Source of the DNA: Piromyces finnis finn | Taxonomy: Eukaryota > Fungi > Neocallimastigomycota | Direction: 5' to 3' | Assembly: GCA_002104945.1 (NCBI GenBank) | Contig: MCFH01000024.1 | Location: 558,001-622,000, forward strand | DNA length: 64,000 bases | Part shown: positions 12,200 to 31,299 of the stretch, piece by piece | Layout of the letters: the number at the start of each line of letters is the position of its first letter | How positions within the stretch are numbered: position 1 is the first letter of the stretch | Program-made: the position numbers and the translations under genes | The notes under the pieces: generated by a model | Databases searched by the model: none | What the model saw: only the letters and a program-made list of their open reading frames with translations | Told to the model about the DNA's origin: nothing

Positions 12200-13192
12200 A
12201 TGGAAGCTGTTAGAAAGATTAGAGATTTAGAAGTTTCAACTATTGGTTTTGGTTGCATGGGTTTTTCTTGTTTATATGGTGATAAAACTCCAGACGAAGA
12301 AGCAATTAAAACTATCAGAGAAGCTTATAACATTGGTTATACTTTCTTCGATACTGCTGAAGTTTATGGAAAGGGTCACAACGAAACTTTAGTTGGTAAA
12401 GCTTTAAAAGATGTAAGAGATAAGGTTCAAATTGCAACTAAGATGAATTGTTACTCCAATGAAAATATCGAAGGTCAATTAAGAGAAAAATTAAATAATT
12501 CTTTAGAAAGACTACAAACCTCTTACATTGATTTATATTATCTTCATCGTACTATTGATAACATTAATTTAGAAGAAATTGCTAGAGTTATGGGTTTATT
12601 TATTAAAGAAGGAAAAATTAAAGGATGGGGTTTAAGTCAAGTTGATGCTGCTACCATTAAAAGAGCACATGCTATCACCCCATTAACTGCTGTTCAAAGT
12701 GAATTTTCTTTAGCTGAAAGAGGATATGAAAAAGATGTTATTCCTTTATGTAAGGAATTAAATATTGGTTTTGTTCCATTTTCTCCATTAGCTAGTGGTT
12801 TCTTAACTGGTAAAGTTAAAAAGGATGAAATCTACCAAAGTACTGATATTCGTAGTATACTTGCTCGTTTTGAAAAGGAAAATATTGAAAAGAATCAACC
12901 TTTCATTGATTTATTAAATGAAGTTGCCAAAGAAAAAAATGCCACACCAGCTCAAATTTCTTTAGCTTGGATGATTAAAAAGCATAACAATATTGTTCCA
13001 ATTCCAGCTAGTCGTAAGGTTGAAAGAATTTCTGAAAACTTTGGTGCTTTAAAAGTTCAACTTTCTGATGAAGACGTCAAGAAAATTGATGATGAACTTG
13101 CTAAATTAACTTTATATGGCGATCGTGAACCAGAATCTGATAAAATTAAAATGTTGATTATTGGTAAAAATATTAAGGGTATGAGAGCCTAA
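12200..13192 (+). CDS. Aldo-keto reductase (AKR13/IolS-like), intronless, 330 aa
   Basis: STIGFGCMGFS, FFDTAEVYG (catalytic Asp/Tyr), IATK (Lys), IDLYYLHR (His), GWGLSQ, VQSEFSL, VPFSPLASGFLTG, PAQISLAW, VPIPASRKVERISEN. Confidence 0.93.
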   Translation: MEAVRKIRDLEVSTIGFGCMGFSCLYGDKTPDEEAIKTIREAYNIGYTFFDTAEVYGKGHNETLVGKALKDVRDKVQIATKMNCYSNENIEGQLREKLNNSLERLQTSYIDLYYLHRTIDNINLEEIARVMGLFIKEGKIKGWGLSQVDAATIKRAHAITPLTAVQSEFSLAERGYEKDVIPLCKELNIGFVPFSPLASGFLTGKVKKDEIYQSTDIRSILARFEKENIEKNQPFIDLLNEVAKEKNATPAQISLAWMIKKHNNIVPIPASRKVERISENFGALKVQLSDEDVKKIDDELAKLTLYGDREPESDKIKMLIIGKNIKGMRA

Positions 13193-16100
13193 AGAATCCT
13201 TCTATTTATAATTACTAATAACATATAGATATGTAGTATAAAAGTATTCAAATGATTAATTAAACGAAAGAAAAAAAAAACAAATGTAATCAAAACTTAT
13301 TTAATTATCAAATAATAGTATTAAAATTAAAATTAAAATTTCCTTAATTAAAGGTTTAATAATATTATTTAAACTTTAAAAAAAAACATTAAAAATAATA
13401 TGCAAACTACAAAGTAAAAAAAAAAAAAAAAAGAAGTAGTTATAGAGAAAATAATTTTTGTATAGAATTATAGAATATATCTGGATTAAAAAATAATAGA
13501 TAATCCTTTCCTTTTTTATTTAATAAAGAATTTTGTTATATCTAACAATATTTATTATTTCCCTTTTTTTTTTTTTAATAAGACTTTAATTTTTATGTTT
13601 CCTGAAAGCATTTTTTTAGTGTTTAAAAAAAAATATATCATATATATTTATATTATATTTTGTATGTAATAAATTATAAAACATTAAAAAAAAGAACGAG
13701 AATCGGGATGTAAATCGTCAGTATACATATGTTATATATATTATATACTTTAGGATATTCTTTTATTAATAATTATTAAAATTTAATATATTTTAAGAAA
13801 AAAAAAAAAAGGGTACTAAATATCTATATAACATCTTTGTCTTTTGAATTTTAAATTGATAAAATCTTATATATTAAAATTAAATCATTGAATCTAATAT
13901 AGGCATATATATATATATGAAACAACTAGTAGTAACATTCTATTACAAATTATATATATGATTATGATTACATTTATTTTTTTTTTTTTTTGCATTAAAA
14001 ATGTTTATAAAATGTATTACTTTTCTATTAATAATAATAATAAATATACTTAAATAGTTTAGGAAAAAAAAAAAAAGAAAAAAACTATGGATGAGATGAA
14101 TAAGTTAAAGAATTACAAAATATTAAAAATAAATATTTTATATTTTATTTACAGATTTTAAATATGTAGGAAATTATTGTAATTGTAATATATCTTTTGG
14201 GACTAATTTACAACCATGAATTAAAGATTAATTTAATATACATGATATATTCACATCTTGTCAAATTATGGTGTTCATAGTATTTTATATAAGTAATATA
14301 CTTTATTTATGATGATATACAACATAACAGCCTTAATAACACTAGTGAAAAAAAATATATATATATCAGTTCATCTCAATCCTAATGAAATATTGTTACT
14401 ATTATGTGATCATGAATAGTTAAAAAAAACACAAAAAAAGCTTATTATATATGCTTTTTTTTTTTTTTACTACCCTCTGAAAAAAAAAAATAATAAATAT
14501 TAGAAAACAAAGAATAAAATTTAAAGATAAAATTAAAAAAAAAATTGTATATATACTGATTCAATCTAACAGGATAATAATTTTCTAGCTTAATCATTCT
14601 ATTAAATTCAAACACAATCTAAAGAAAGAAAAAAATAATAATAATTGATATAAAAATTATATGTGACTTGAACAAATTTTTATATTAATAATTTTTCATC
14701 TAAAATTAAATTTATAGTTTTTATTGTTTCTACAATGTACAAGAATGTAATGTAAATATATGACAAATGTAATATCATGTAATGTAAAAGAATAATGTAA
14801 ATGGATGATCCATATAGTTCCAGCCTTATAATTAGACAATTAGTTATTATGTAAGCCTCATTAGTATAAATAGACTAGAATAAATATTGTTTAAAAAGGG
14901 CTTCTTGTTTTAGTTAGAATTTTTAATATTTGACAACGACAGAACGTTTTAGTATTTAGACAGAATAGAAATATTGGAACATAATAAAGTTATTAATAAA
15001 ACCTATATTACTTAAAATTTAATTCTTTCTACATAAAATTTAATAAAGAATCACGTGAATAATGAATAATAAACAATATATCAACCATTATATATATAAT
15101 AAATAATATTTATAGAGTACGAATAAAATGAAAATAAACCAATAATTAAGTATCAATGGCTAGGAGTATATTATAAGTAAAAGATATTTCTCATTATTTA
15201 ACTCATATTTACTCATATTTGAGAAAGTATAGCCATAAAAGAGAGTATATGATAAAATAGTATATTAAATTTGAGTAAATTTTTTATTACAATATTAATA
15301 AGAATAAAATTAAATATAATATTTAGTTGCATTATATAACTATTTATATAACTAGTAAATAATTAAGAAAGAAAAAAACTAATACTAATAAATTTATTTA
15401 ACTATAATACCATTGTATTAATTTAACTATTGTATAGTAAATAAATAAATATACTAATTATAATAATAATAATAATAATAATAGAATTTATATAAGATAA
15501 AAGCATTAAAAATTTAATTGATTTTTTTTATAAAGAATATATCCATAAATGAATATAATTAAAATTTTATATTAAAAAATATTTTATATTTTTGGTTGTT
15601 CGTAAAGTCACCACTTTTTTAATATTTATTAAAAAATTTGTGTGTGGGTTAGGTTATATATTCAAATAATAATTTTTTGCTAGTTAATGGATAGAGGAAG
15701 TAAAAATAAAAAATAATTACATAAAGTTAAAGTATTTTATTTTTAAATTCACTAAAAAAGAGTTATGTGTTAATAAATCAATATTATTTATAATGTTAAT
15801 CAAAATAATTAATATTTTTAAAAAACCTAATAATTTAATTGTAGTATATATATACAAATTTATACAAATTATATAAAACAAATAATACGTAATAATAATA
15901 AAATGATAAAAATCTAAAAAAAATATTTTATATAACAGAAAGAACAATACATGCTAATAATATATTACTTATTTGTTCTTTAAACACGTTAATATACAAC
16001 TATATATATAATAATAAGGTATTAGTTTTTGAGAAATTAAAAAAAGAATACTATGAAATGATGACACAGAAAGTATATTTATTAAATTTTAATTTTTTTT

Positions 16101-19100
16101 TATTACCAAAGGATTATTATGAAATATCTTTAATTTGTTTATCATGTAGATGAGTATATTCTTTAAATTTTCAAATTTGATTAAAATATAAGAAAGAGGA
16201 TTTTATATTTCCTTTTTTAAATTCTTTCATAATTATATTTATTATTCCTAAAGAAACTTTTTTTTATAAAATGTATCAAGAAAATAATATAAATGTAATA
16301 ATTGTAATGAGATAAATTTATAAATAATAAATTACTATAGTTTGTTATAACAAAAAAAAAAAAGTTTAAGTATAAATGGATAAATAGTTACTTTATTCGA
16401 ATCGATATTTATGTAGTGCTTTATTAAAAATATATTTCTTTTAAATGTTATGTTTTTTATTTAAATAAAAGTTATATTACAATGTAATGTATTAAGACAT
16501 TCACATTTATTTTTAAAAGAAGAAATATATAAATCAATTGATATTAAAATAGTAATTTTATAACGATATAAAAATCATTTGTTATATTTAAAATTATTAA
16601 TATATATTAAACTTTTTGAATAAAAAAATAAGAATGACATAACTTTAAAGTTTTTTATTACATATATATAGCTATATTTTCATTCGTATAAAGCATCAAA
16701 GTATAATAATAGCTTTATTGGTTTTTATACCTAAGTGTAATATATATCTTGGCTTATTTTTATAATATTTATAAATATTTTGCCAAAATCAATGTTTTTT
16801 TAAAATTAACCAATTTAATATTATTGGCTAATATGAGTGATAATCAATAGGTTATTGGTTGATTCTTTAAATTAATTAGGTATAGTTTAATAATTAAAAA
16901 ACAATAAAAATCTTAAATGAATTGGCAAAATAAGGAATTTAACAATAGTTATTATAATTAAATAATTCTTGGAATTAAACAGTAGTTAATAATAAAGACC
17001 TCATTCTTAAACTTTTATATATTTATTTAATGATTTACTAATTTATTTATTATTAATTTTTTTTATTGTTTATAGTAAAGTAATAACATATATATAAATA
17101 AAAGGTAGTGTTATTAAAAAATATTTTTTAATAAAGCATGCTTAAAAAGAATAACTATTTTTATTTAAAACTAATTAACAAATAATAAAAAAAAGTGGAA
17201 AATATTTTAGAAATTCACAGTAATAATAATGTTTAGTCATTAATATTTGTAATATGAGAGTAGTAATACTATAAATAATTAAGATTTATACACCTTTTTA
17301 ATTCTTTTTAGAATAAATAATAAATAATAAGTAATAAATGTATATGATGGATTTAAATAAAATGGGTTTTTTTATTTGAATTATTTTAATACGATTATTA
17401 CAACTGAATTATTAAAAATTTTTAGATTTTCGATTCATCATATATTATGAATATTTTACTTAATGTATATAAATATAATTATAATACATTATATTAATAC
17501 ATTTATATATATGCAATATATGTATGAATTAATTAATTATTTGATTCGTGAATAAAATCAATGTATATATTAGTAATATATGGAATTGCATATTAAATTA
17601 AATTATTGGCTTAAATTTTAATTTATAATAAATTGAATTTATTCTAAAATATTTTAATTTTTAGAATGGATGATAAATCTTATATTAATTATGTGTCATT
17701 ATATTAATTTAGACTTTAGCCTAAATCTAGGTTATTTTATGTAAAAAAATAATGAAAATAAAAGATCTATAGGTTTAAATAAATATTAAAACATTTTAGA
17801 GAAAAAAACTTTATTAGAATAAAAAGTAATTATAAAATTTTTTTATAGATTTTAAGGAGTTTTTTTTTTTTAAAAAGAGATTTTGTGTATGACAAATAAG
17901 TTATTTCAAAAAAAAAAAAATTAAAAAAGATGATTCTGTACTTCAATATATTGTAATTAAAATTAACACGAATAACGGTAAATTCATTAATTAAATGTAC
18001 CATAATGGAAATAATAATATATATAAATTCATATTGTTTCATAATTTAATAAATCTATTTATATACTAAAAATAATATATATTAATAAAGGATACAATAA
18101 TAATAAAATAATAAATGAATAGATATTTAAATTTTTACATAAAAAAATAATAATAAAAAACATTGATTTCTTTCTTTTTTATTTAATAATATAATGCTCT
18201 GATTTAGTAATATTCATCCTTTATTAATGCAATAAAGATGACAAACAACTTAATAATAATACTGAATATTGATATTTATATCAATATGTGGTCATATCTT
18301 ATATATATTTATTAATTATTAAAAACTATATGAATGTGGATAGTAGGATTTTTTTAATAATTAATAGAGGTTTTATGGATAAGACGAATTTAAAATAAAA
18401 AAAATAAGTAGATCATAGCTATATAAAATATATTTAAAAATAATTTTAATGAAAAGTAAATAAAAGGTTTATTTCCTTTTATTCCACAAGATTTTTTTGT
18501 AAATAATATTTAAATTTTGATTCAATTTTTTTAATGGTTTTGTTATTATTTATTATTGTAAAATTATATTTCGACAATACATCTACTTTTATATATTCAC
18601 ATATTTAGTATATTTTAATCCTCATGACTTTATTCTTTGAATCTGGAAGAAGTATTTTATGATAATACCAAATACTATTCTGTTTATTACTTATTTGAAA
18701 GTGGACAAAAATAGCTTAATTTTTAAAAAGAAATTAATTATATTTTTGATGTGCATCATTGCCTATATTACATACATCACTAGTAAAAAAAATATAATAT
18801 AAAAACACATGATATAAAACTTAAAAAAAATGTATAATATTTAAATTAACCCATCGTGGATGATGATTATTTGCTTATTTTTCAACAAAATTAAATTATG
18901 GAAACAAAATAGTCTATTTTATAGAGTGATAAATTTTTAATTTATTTTTTTTTCCAAATATATTATTTATAGTATATTAATATAATACTAAAAATCTAAC
19001 ACTATTATTCATTAATATATTATAAAATAAGAATTTTATAAATATAGTAATTAAATAGGAAAAAGATAAATATGGTTAAATTAAAAAGTTTTTATCCTCT

Positions 19101-19936
19101 ATAAAAGAAAGTTAAAATATTACAATTTATTATTTATATGTGAATCTTTTAGGATCGTTAGATATTATGCCGCAATAAAATAGAAACTTGCAATCTTATT
19201 AATATATTTATGATATTATTGTATGAAATCATGAAAATAAGAAGATATAATGGATTTATAAGGAATATTAAATAAATACAATAATTGATAATATCTATTT
19301 TTTTAATAATATAAATATAATTCTTTTACTATATTACTATATTTTAAGCTATATATTAAAAGACTTATGAGATTTAATCATATTTTATATATATATTATT
19401 TAAATAATCGACATTATTGTAAGTTAATACATAATTAAATATATTTTATTAAAAATATATTTATTCATTATTAAATGGTTGGTTGAAATTTGTTTCCTTG
19501 TATTACAATAATGGACATACTATTTATTATATAATAAGGTTAAATCAATATAATAGTTAATTAATATTATATTAAATAAAGTTTTTCTAAATAGCCAATT
19601 ATATTTTCAAAATTTAATTCATTTAATATAAATCAAAATAATTAATTGTATATCTGATTATACTTATTATATATAATATTAAATGTATTTATTAAGAACC
19701 TTTTTTTTTATCTTGTATTTTTTTTGTGTAATACTAAACAAACAATATAATAATAAAAATATATTAATTGAAGTTATAAATTAAAAATATATTAATATTA
19801 TTTGATATAATGATGATAGATAATACATAATCATTATTGTAAATTAATTAAGTTTATTAGAATTGATAATATTCTTACATATATTATTAATATAAATAGG
19901 AAATATAAAAAAAAAGAAATAAATATTAATAAAATT

Positions 19937-20270
<334 letters not shown>

Positions 20271-21487
20271 AATACTAATACTAATACAATATTAATTTTA
20301 TCGTATAAAATTATATATATTTATTAAACATGAATATTTAATGGTTTCTTTTAAAGTAATACTTTTAATTATTTTTGGGTTTATATATTATATATTATTA
20401 AATAATACAGTATTATTAAAAAAAAAGCTTATATCTGATTTTGAGAAAAAGTTAATAAAACCACTTTTTTTTTTTTTACTCCTCAATAAATGTTTAGAAA
20501 TTTAATTTAAGTAAAAAGGATTTCATATTTCCTTTTTTATTTATTATTTAGGGATAATATATTTCAATGAAAATCTAATATAATAATAAATTAAATTTTA
20601 ATAATAAAGTTATTATAATTAAAGTTTATTAAGCCCATATATTAAAATATGCTTTTATATATGTATATTTTAATTTAAATAAAGTCTTTTAAGTCTATTA
20701 ATATAAAAAAAAAGAATAAAAATTATAAAGAAAAAAAATTATATTAATTATAATTCCAAAGTCTCTAATTTTTAATTTATTTAATTTTTATTATTGCAAA
20801 CTTAATTTACTATTAAATTATATTAATTAATAAATTCTAGTTTAACAATATAATAATATTATCATTAGTTTATATATTTCAATATACACATATAAATTAT
20901 ATAATAAATTTTAAATTTTATTTACTAATATTTATATATTAAAAAAAAAACATATTGATATTAATTTATTTTTATTTAATATTATAATGTTATAATTAAT
21001 TAATAATTAATAAATTACAAAAAAAAAAAAAAAATTTTTGTAAAAAAACAAAGATATTTTTTTTTTTATTTTTTTTTTTTTTAAAATTTAAAGAAAATAG
21101 GAAATTTTAAAAAAGGAAAAACATTAAACATTTATCTAATTAATGTTTGATTAATTTAAAGTTTTTTTTTTAAATAAATTAAACATTTATATTTTGTTTA
21201 TTTTAAATTGATTATTAAAGTATAATTATATATTTAAATAAAGATTATATCAATACAATAATTTTAAAATATAGTTCGACTATTTTTCTAATTTTTATCA
21301 ATTTTTAGAGAAAGAGAAATAGTAATATAAAAAAATAGAAAAGCTTTAATACAATTTTAAAAAAAAATAAAAAATTTTAATCAGCATATTAATATTTAAT
21401 ATTTTATATTTGATATAGGATAAATTATTTAAAAAATAAGGATTTTATTAATTTATTTTTAGAGATCATTCAGTTATTTTCTTTATA

Positions 21488-26303
<4,816 letters not shown>

Positions 26304-26412
26304 CGTAAATAAGATAAAAAAAAAAAAGAAAAATATTTTATAAATTTACTTAATTATAAAGTGAACTATATATATATTTATATATTTAATGTTGAAATAT
26401 GATAGTTATTTC

Positions 26413-26443
<31 letters not shown>

Positions 26444-27947
26444 TAAACATAGTAAATTATCTATCTAATTTATATCTAATTTATTTCATTATTACTTTTA
26501 TATATGTTTAAATTTAATTTAATTATTTTTCTTAATTATTGTAAAAACAAATAATAATTTATTAATTGAATGCTTTTTTTTATAATTTTTTTTTATTGAA
26601 GAAAAACAATTTTCAATCAAAAAGTATAAAAGTGAATACTTTTTAGTTAAAATTATTTTTAATATTAATTATTATCTATTAAAAATTCATTACATTTTTT
26701 TTTCTAATTTTTTTCTTAATATTTATTTATTATAAAAAATCCTTCAAATTAATAAATTCACATAGAATAATAATAAAAAATATACCTTTTTATTATCTTA
26801 TTTTCAGAGATATTTCTGGGTGTGGATCAATATAATATAGTTATAATAAATAACGAAACTGGAAGTTTTAATTTTTTCTCATTGGATTTCCTTATTTCAT
26901 ATTTTTAAAGTATAAAAAATATAAAAGCAACAATATATTGTTAAGATGTCAAGGCTAATTATAAATTATGGTGGTTTTCAAAGTTCAAATAAATATATTC
27001 CAAGAATAAATGATAATTAAAAGTAATCTATATATATTCTATATTGTTGAAATTTTAAATTGATTGTTTGAATGAATATATCATTAAAATAAATAAATAA
27101 ATAAAAGTCAGAATATATATATATATATAAAATAAATTGAAGCATATTGTAACAAATTAAATATATAAACTACATTGTAAACATATAAATGAATGTAATA
27201 TGTATTTATTTTACACTAGTAACTTTGTGACTTGCTAATCTAAGTAACTTATGATAATAACAAGCATTAATAAAGCTGTAATAATCATAACCCTAATCGA
27301 GTAATAAATAAATTATTTATTAATTTATTAAAAAAAATTAATTGCTTATCGAGATCATATTGAAAAAAAACGAGTCATAAACAATAAAAACCTTGATTTT
27401 ATGCATAATGCAATATTTTAATTTATTTTCTGTAAAGTTCTTAATTATATATTTACAAATGTATATGGTAATGTAATGTATTGTCTTTTGGATATTTATA
27501 ACCATTATTTAAATACGTTTTCCCATATATTAAGTATATATTAAAATATATACAACTATAGCCTTTAATAATTATATAGTATGTATAAATGTATTAAATG
27601 TATCATTACTAATGTACTAATTAATATCCAATAAATATAAAATAAAAAAAAAATATATTTAATATATTTAATATATAAATAAATACAATTTTTTTTTCCT
27701 TTAATTATAAAATTTATAATTTATTTATAATTTGAAAATAAAGATAACTTTTTTATAGGAATTTCACAAAAAAAGACTTTTAATAGTCGTAGAAAAGTAA
27801 AAAGAGTTATTATTATTATTATTATTACTACTACTACTACTACTACTATTGCTTTTAATTAATATTTATTGATATTAATATTAATATACATAATATACAA
27901 CAACGTAAAACCTTTTTTTTTTTTATTTTTTAGTACCAATAATAGAA

Positions 27948-28080
<133 letters not shown>

Positions 28081-28854
28081 TATAAAAATAATATTACAAA
28101 AAAATATTTTTGCAAAGTGTAAAAAAAAAAAAGATTAATAATTATTATATAACTTTAAAGTAAAAAATTTTGTAAATAAGAATCTTATCTTTGGAAACTT
28201 TTATATTATTATAATATATTTTTAACAAATAAAATGGGAAATCAATACTAATCGAAACAAGAAAGATATATCATACTTTAGTTTTTTTTTTATATAATAA
28301 GTATTTAGTCATAAAGATAAAATACTATTATTTTTATTAACAACTAATTTATTAAAAAAAATAATATAGTTAATATAGAATGTTATAGTCAACATTTTTA
28401 TATAAAACTTTAATAAAAATAATACCAATAATTATAATACAAAAATAAAGAAAACTATTACTTTATAATTTGTTTTGTCAATATCAATCAATTTACTTAC
28501 TTTATATTTTATTAATATAAATAAAGTAAAGTAGAAAGTGAAAAAAAAAAAAAATTAGAAAAATAAAACAAAAATCAAAATAAATTATATAAAAAAAGTA
28601 AAGGAAATATATTCTTTAATTAAATTAATTTATTTTAAAAACAACTTAATTTGTCAATATTTTAAAGTTTATTTTAAATCATTTAATATCTTTTCATATC
28701 TTCAAATATACCTAATCAAATCATTTGAATTTGAAATTTCATTCGAACAATCAACCATTTTGTTAATATTTTCAGTAATTACTTTAATAATACACTTTTT
28801 TATTTATTTATTTTTTTTCTTTATCATTAGAATAATTTTTTTTTTTTTAAAAAA

Positions 28855-30894
28855 ATGGATAAAAAACCAATTACTACGACATCAGTACCAAGTACTGTTT
28901 TAGCAAGTGCTTTAGCAAAAAAAAACAGTACTATAAAACCTAGTACGGCATCATTATTGACAGCCGCTGTATCTAGCACAGCTACTGTACCTCAAATGCC
29001 ATTAGTACCTCTAGCAAAAAAAAAGAAGACTGTTGCAAAAAGAAAAAAGGTTTCTCAAGCATGTGTTTATTGTAGAAGATCTCATATGACATGTGGTAAT
29101 TACATTTTTCGATTTCTTTTATAGCATAAGATTTAAAAAGATGAATTTATGTATTATGGAATAATAGAATATAATTTAACCCAAATTAAAAGTTGATAAT
29201 GTTAAAAAAAAAAAAATTAAATATAAAATATTTCTGGAATTTTATAAATAAATTGAATAGAAATTAGATATTATATATATATCTAAGCAAAATATGAAAA
29301 GTTTTATAGTTTATTCATTATTCATATTTATAAATAATAATATATTAAAATTTTTTTCTTGATTCCTTTCATTATTTTATTATTTTATTAAAAGATGTTG
29401 GAAGACCTTGCCAAAGATGTATAAAGGTTTGAAATTTTATATAAATATATTTTTCTTTTTGCTAATATTAAATAATATTTATATAACACAATTTATTCAT
29501 ATTTTTAAGCATATATAAAAAATACTTATACTAATGAAAATAATTATAATATCTATGTATTCATTTTTTTTTTTTTTTTTAATTTCTATTTTTTCGACAC
29601 AATAGAGAAATATTGCACATTTATGTCATGATGAACCGAAAACAAAAAAAAATAAAAAGAAGAATGGTAAAGATGCAAAATCAACGCAAAACAAAACTTC
29701 AACTACTACAGAAGGTACAAAAACTCCGTCAGTAATTACCACACCAACACCAACACAGTCTCTTCCAAAAATAAATAATACAACAACAACAACTACAACA
29801 TCACCAATAAATCCTCAATATTCAAATTTATATTTACAACAAGGTATTAATCCATTTTATAATATGAACTTCACTTCCTTTAATCCTATTTTTTCAAATG
29901 ATTATGTTGGTAGTGAATTAAATGTTATTAGTGACTTTTTAGCTACACTGGAAGATCCAAGTTTTAACACTCAACTTAATCAAAGCGCAACTACATCAGT
30001 CAATAATATAGAATCTACTTCACCTATTACTGCTGAAGATATTACTAATGCCCTTCTTAACAATACAGTTGAAACTCCAATAAAGACAGAAAACGAAATA
30101 TCCTCATCTTCAAATACTAATAATGCCAATAATTTTGATGCTCATGAAAGTAAAACAGAACAATTTATATTAAAAGCAGCCGATCCACCACATAAAACAT
30201 CAGCTGAAAGATTGGCTGCTTTTCTTAATGCTAAATACGAAGCTGGTTTATTAAAACCATTTAATCATGTAAATGGCTACACTCGTTTATATCAATATAT
30301 GGAAAAGAATTTATCCAAGGCAAATCGACAGCGTATAATAAATGTTATTGAGTATTTTAGGCCGTCATTCAGAGCAGTAGCACAATCTCTTACAGATATT
30401 GATTTAATTTTGGTAGAGGAAGCTTTTGAAAGATTACTTTTAGAATATGATCGTGTATTTACAAGTATGGGAATACCTTCTTGTTTATGGCGTCGTACTG
30501 GTGAAATATTTAAGTGTAATAAAGAATTTGCAGATTTAATTAATATGTCAATGGATGATTTTAAAGAAGGAAAAATTTGTATTTATGAATTATTAGCTGA
30601 AGAATCTGCTGTAAATTATTGGGAAAAGTATGGTAATATTGCATTTGATCCAGGACAAAAAGCTGTTTTAACTTCATGTGTTTTAAGAAACCCAAAAAAA
30701 CCATCTCAAGGAGTAAGCTGTTGCTTTTCAGTAAGTATTTAAGTTTGAATTAATAATTAAAATATCTCATATATTAAATATTTATTATTTTTTAATCATT
30801 AATTAATATTTCAATTTTAATTTAAAAGTTTACAATTAGAAGAGATAAATACAATATACCAATGATGATTGTAGGAAATTTCCTACCGGCTTAA
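28855..30894 (+). CDS. RDS2: Zn2Cys6 + PAS transcription factor of the RDS2/AcuM family; join(28855-29095, 29395-29426, 29606-30730, 30829-30894), ~487 aa
   Basis: Spliced zinc cluster RKKVSQACVYCRRSHMTCDVGRPCQRCIKRNIAHLCHDEP matches the AcuM/Rds2 pattern. C-terminal conserved block KPFNHVNGYTRL...FERLLLEYDRVFTSMGIPSCLWRRTGEI...ESAVNYWEKYG...CCFSFTIRRDKYNIPMMIVGNFLP. Confidence 0.9.
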
Positions 30895-31299
30895 AAATCA
30901 CATATTTCTATTTTAAGTTTCATAAAAATATATCTTAATATATACATTTACAAAACCTATATTATAGTATTATTTATATTATTAAATTCAAGAAATATTT
31001 AATAATTTTAAATATATTAATAGACTCAAATTATTTATAATGTTTACTTTCATTGAAATGTAATATTTTTCATTTACATCACAATTAAATTATAAAATCA
31101 AATCAAATAAAAATAAATTTAAAAAAAAAAAAAAATATGAATTAATATATATATGCATATATATGTATTTTTGTTTTATATATTATTTATTTATATGTAA
31201 ATATTTTAAGAGGGAAAAAAAAAGTTATAAAAAATAAATTTTTGAATTTAAAACTATATTGAAATGCTTTAGTAATTAAAAATTATGATAGATTTAGTT

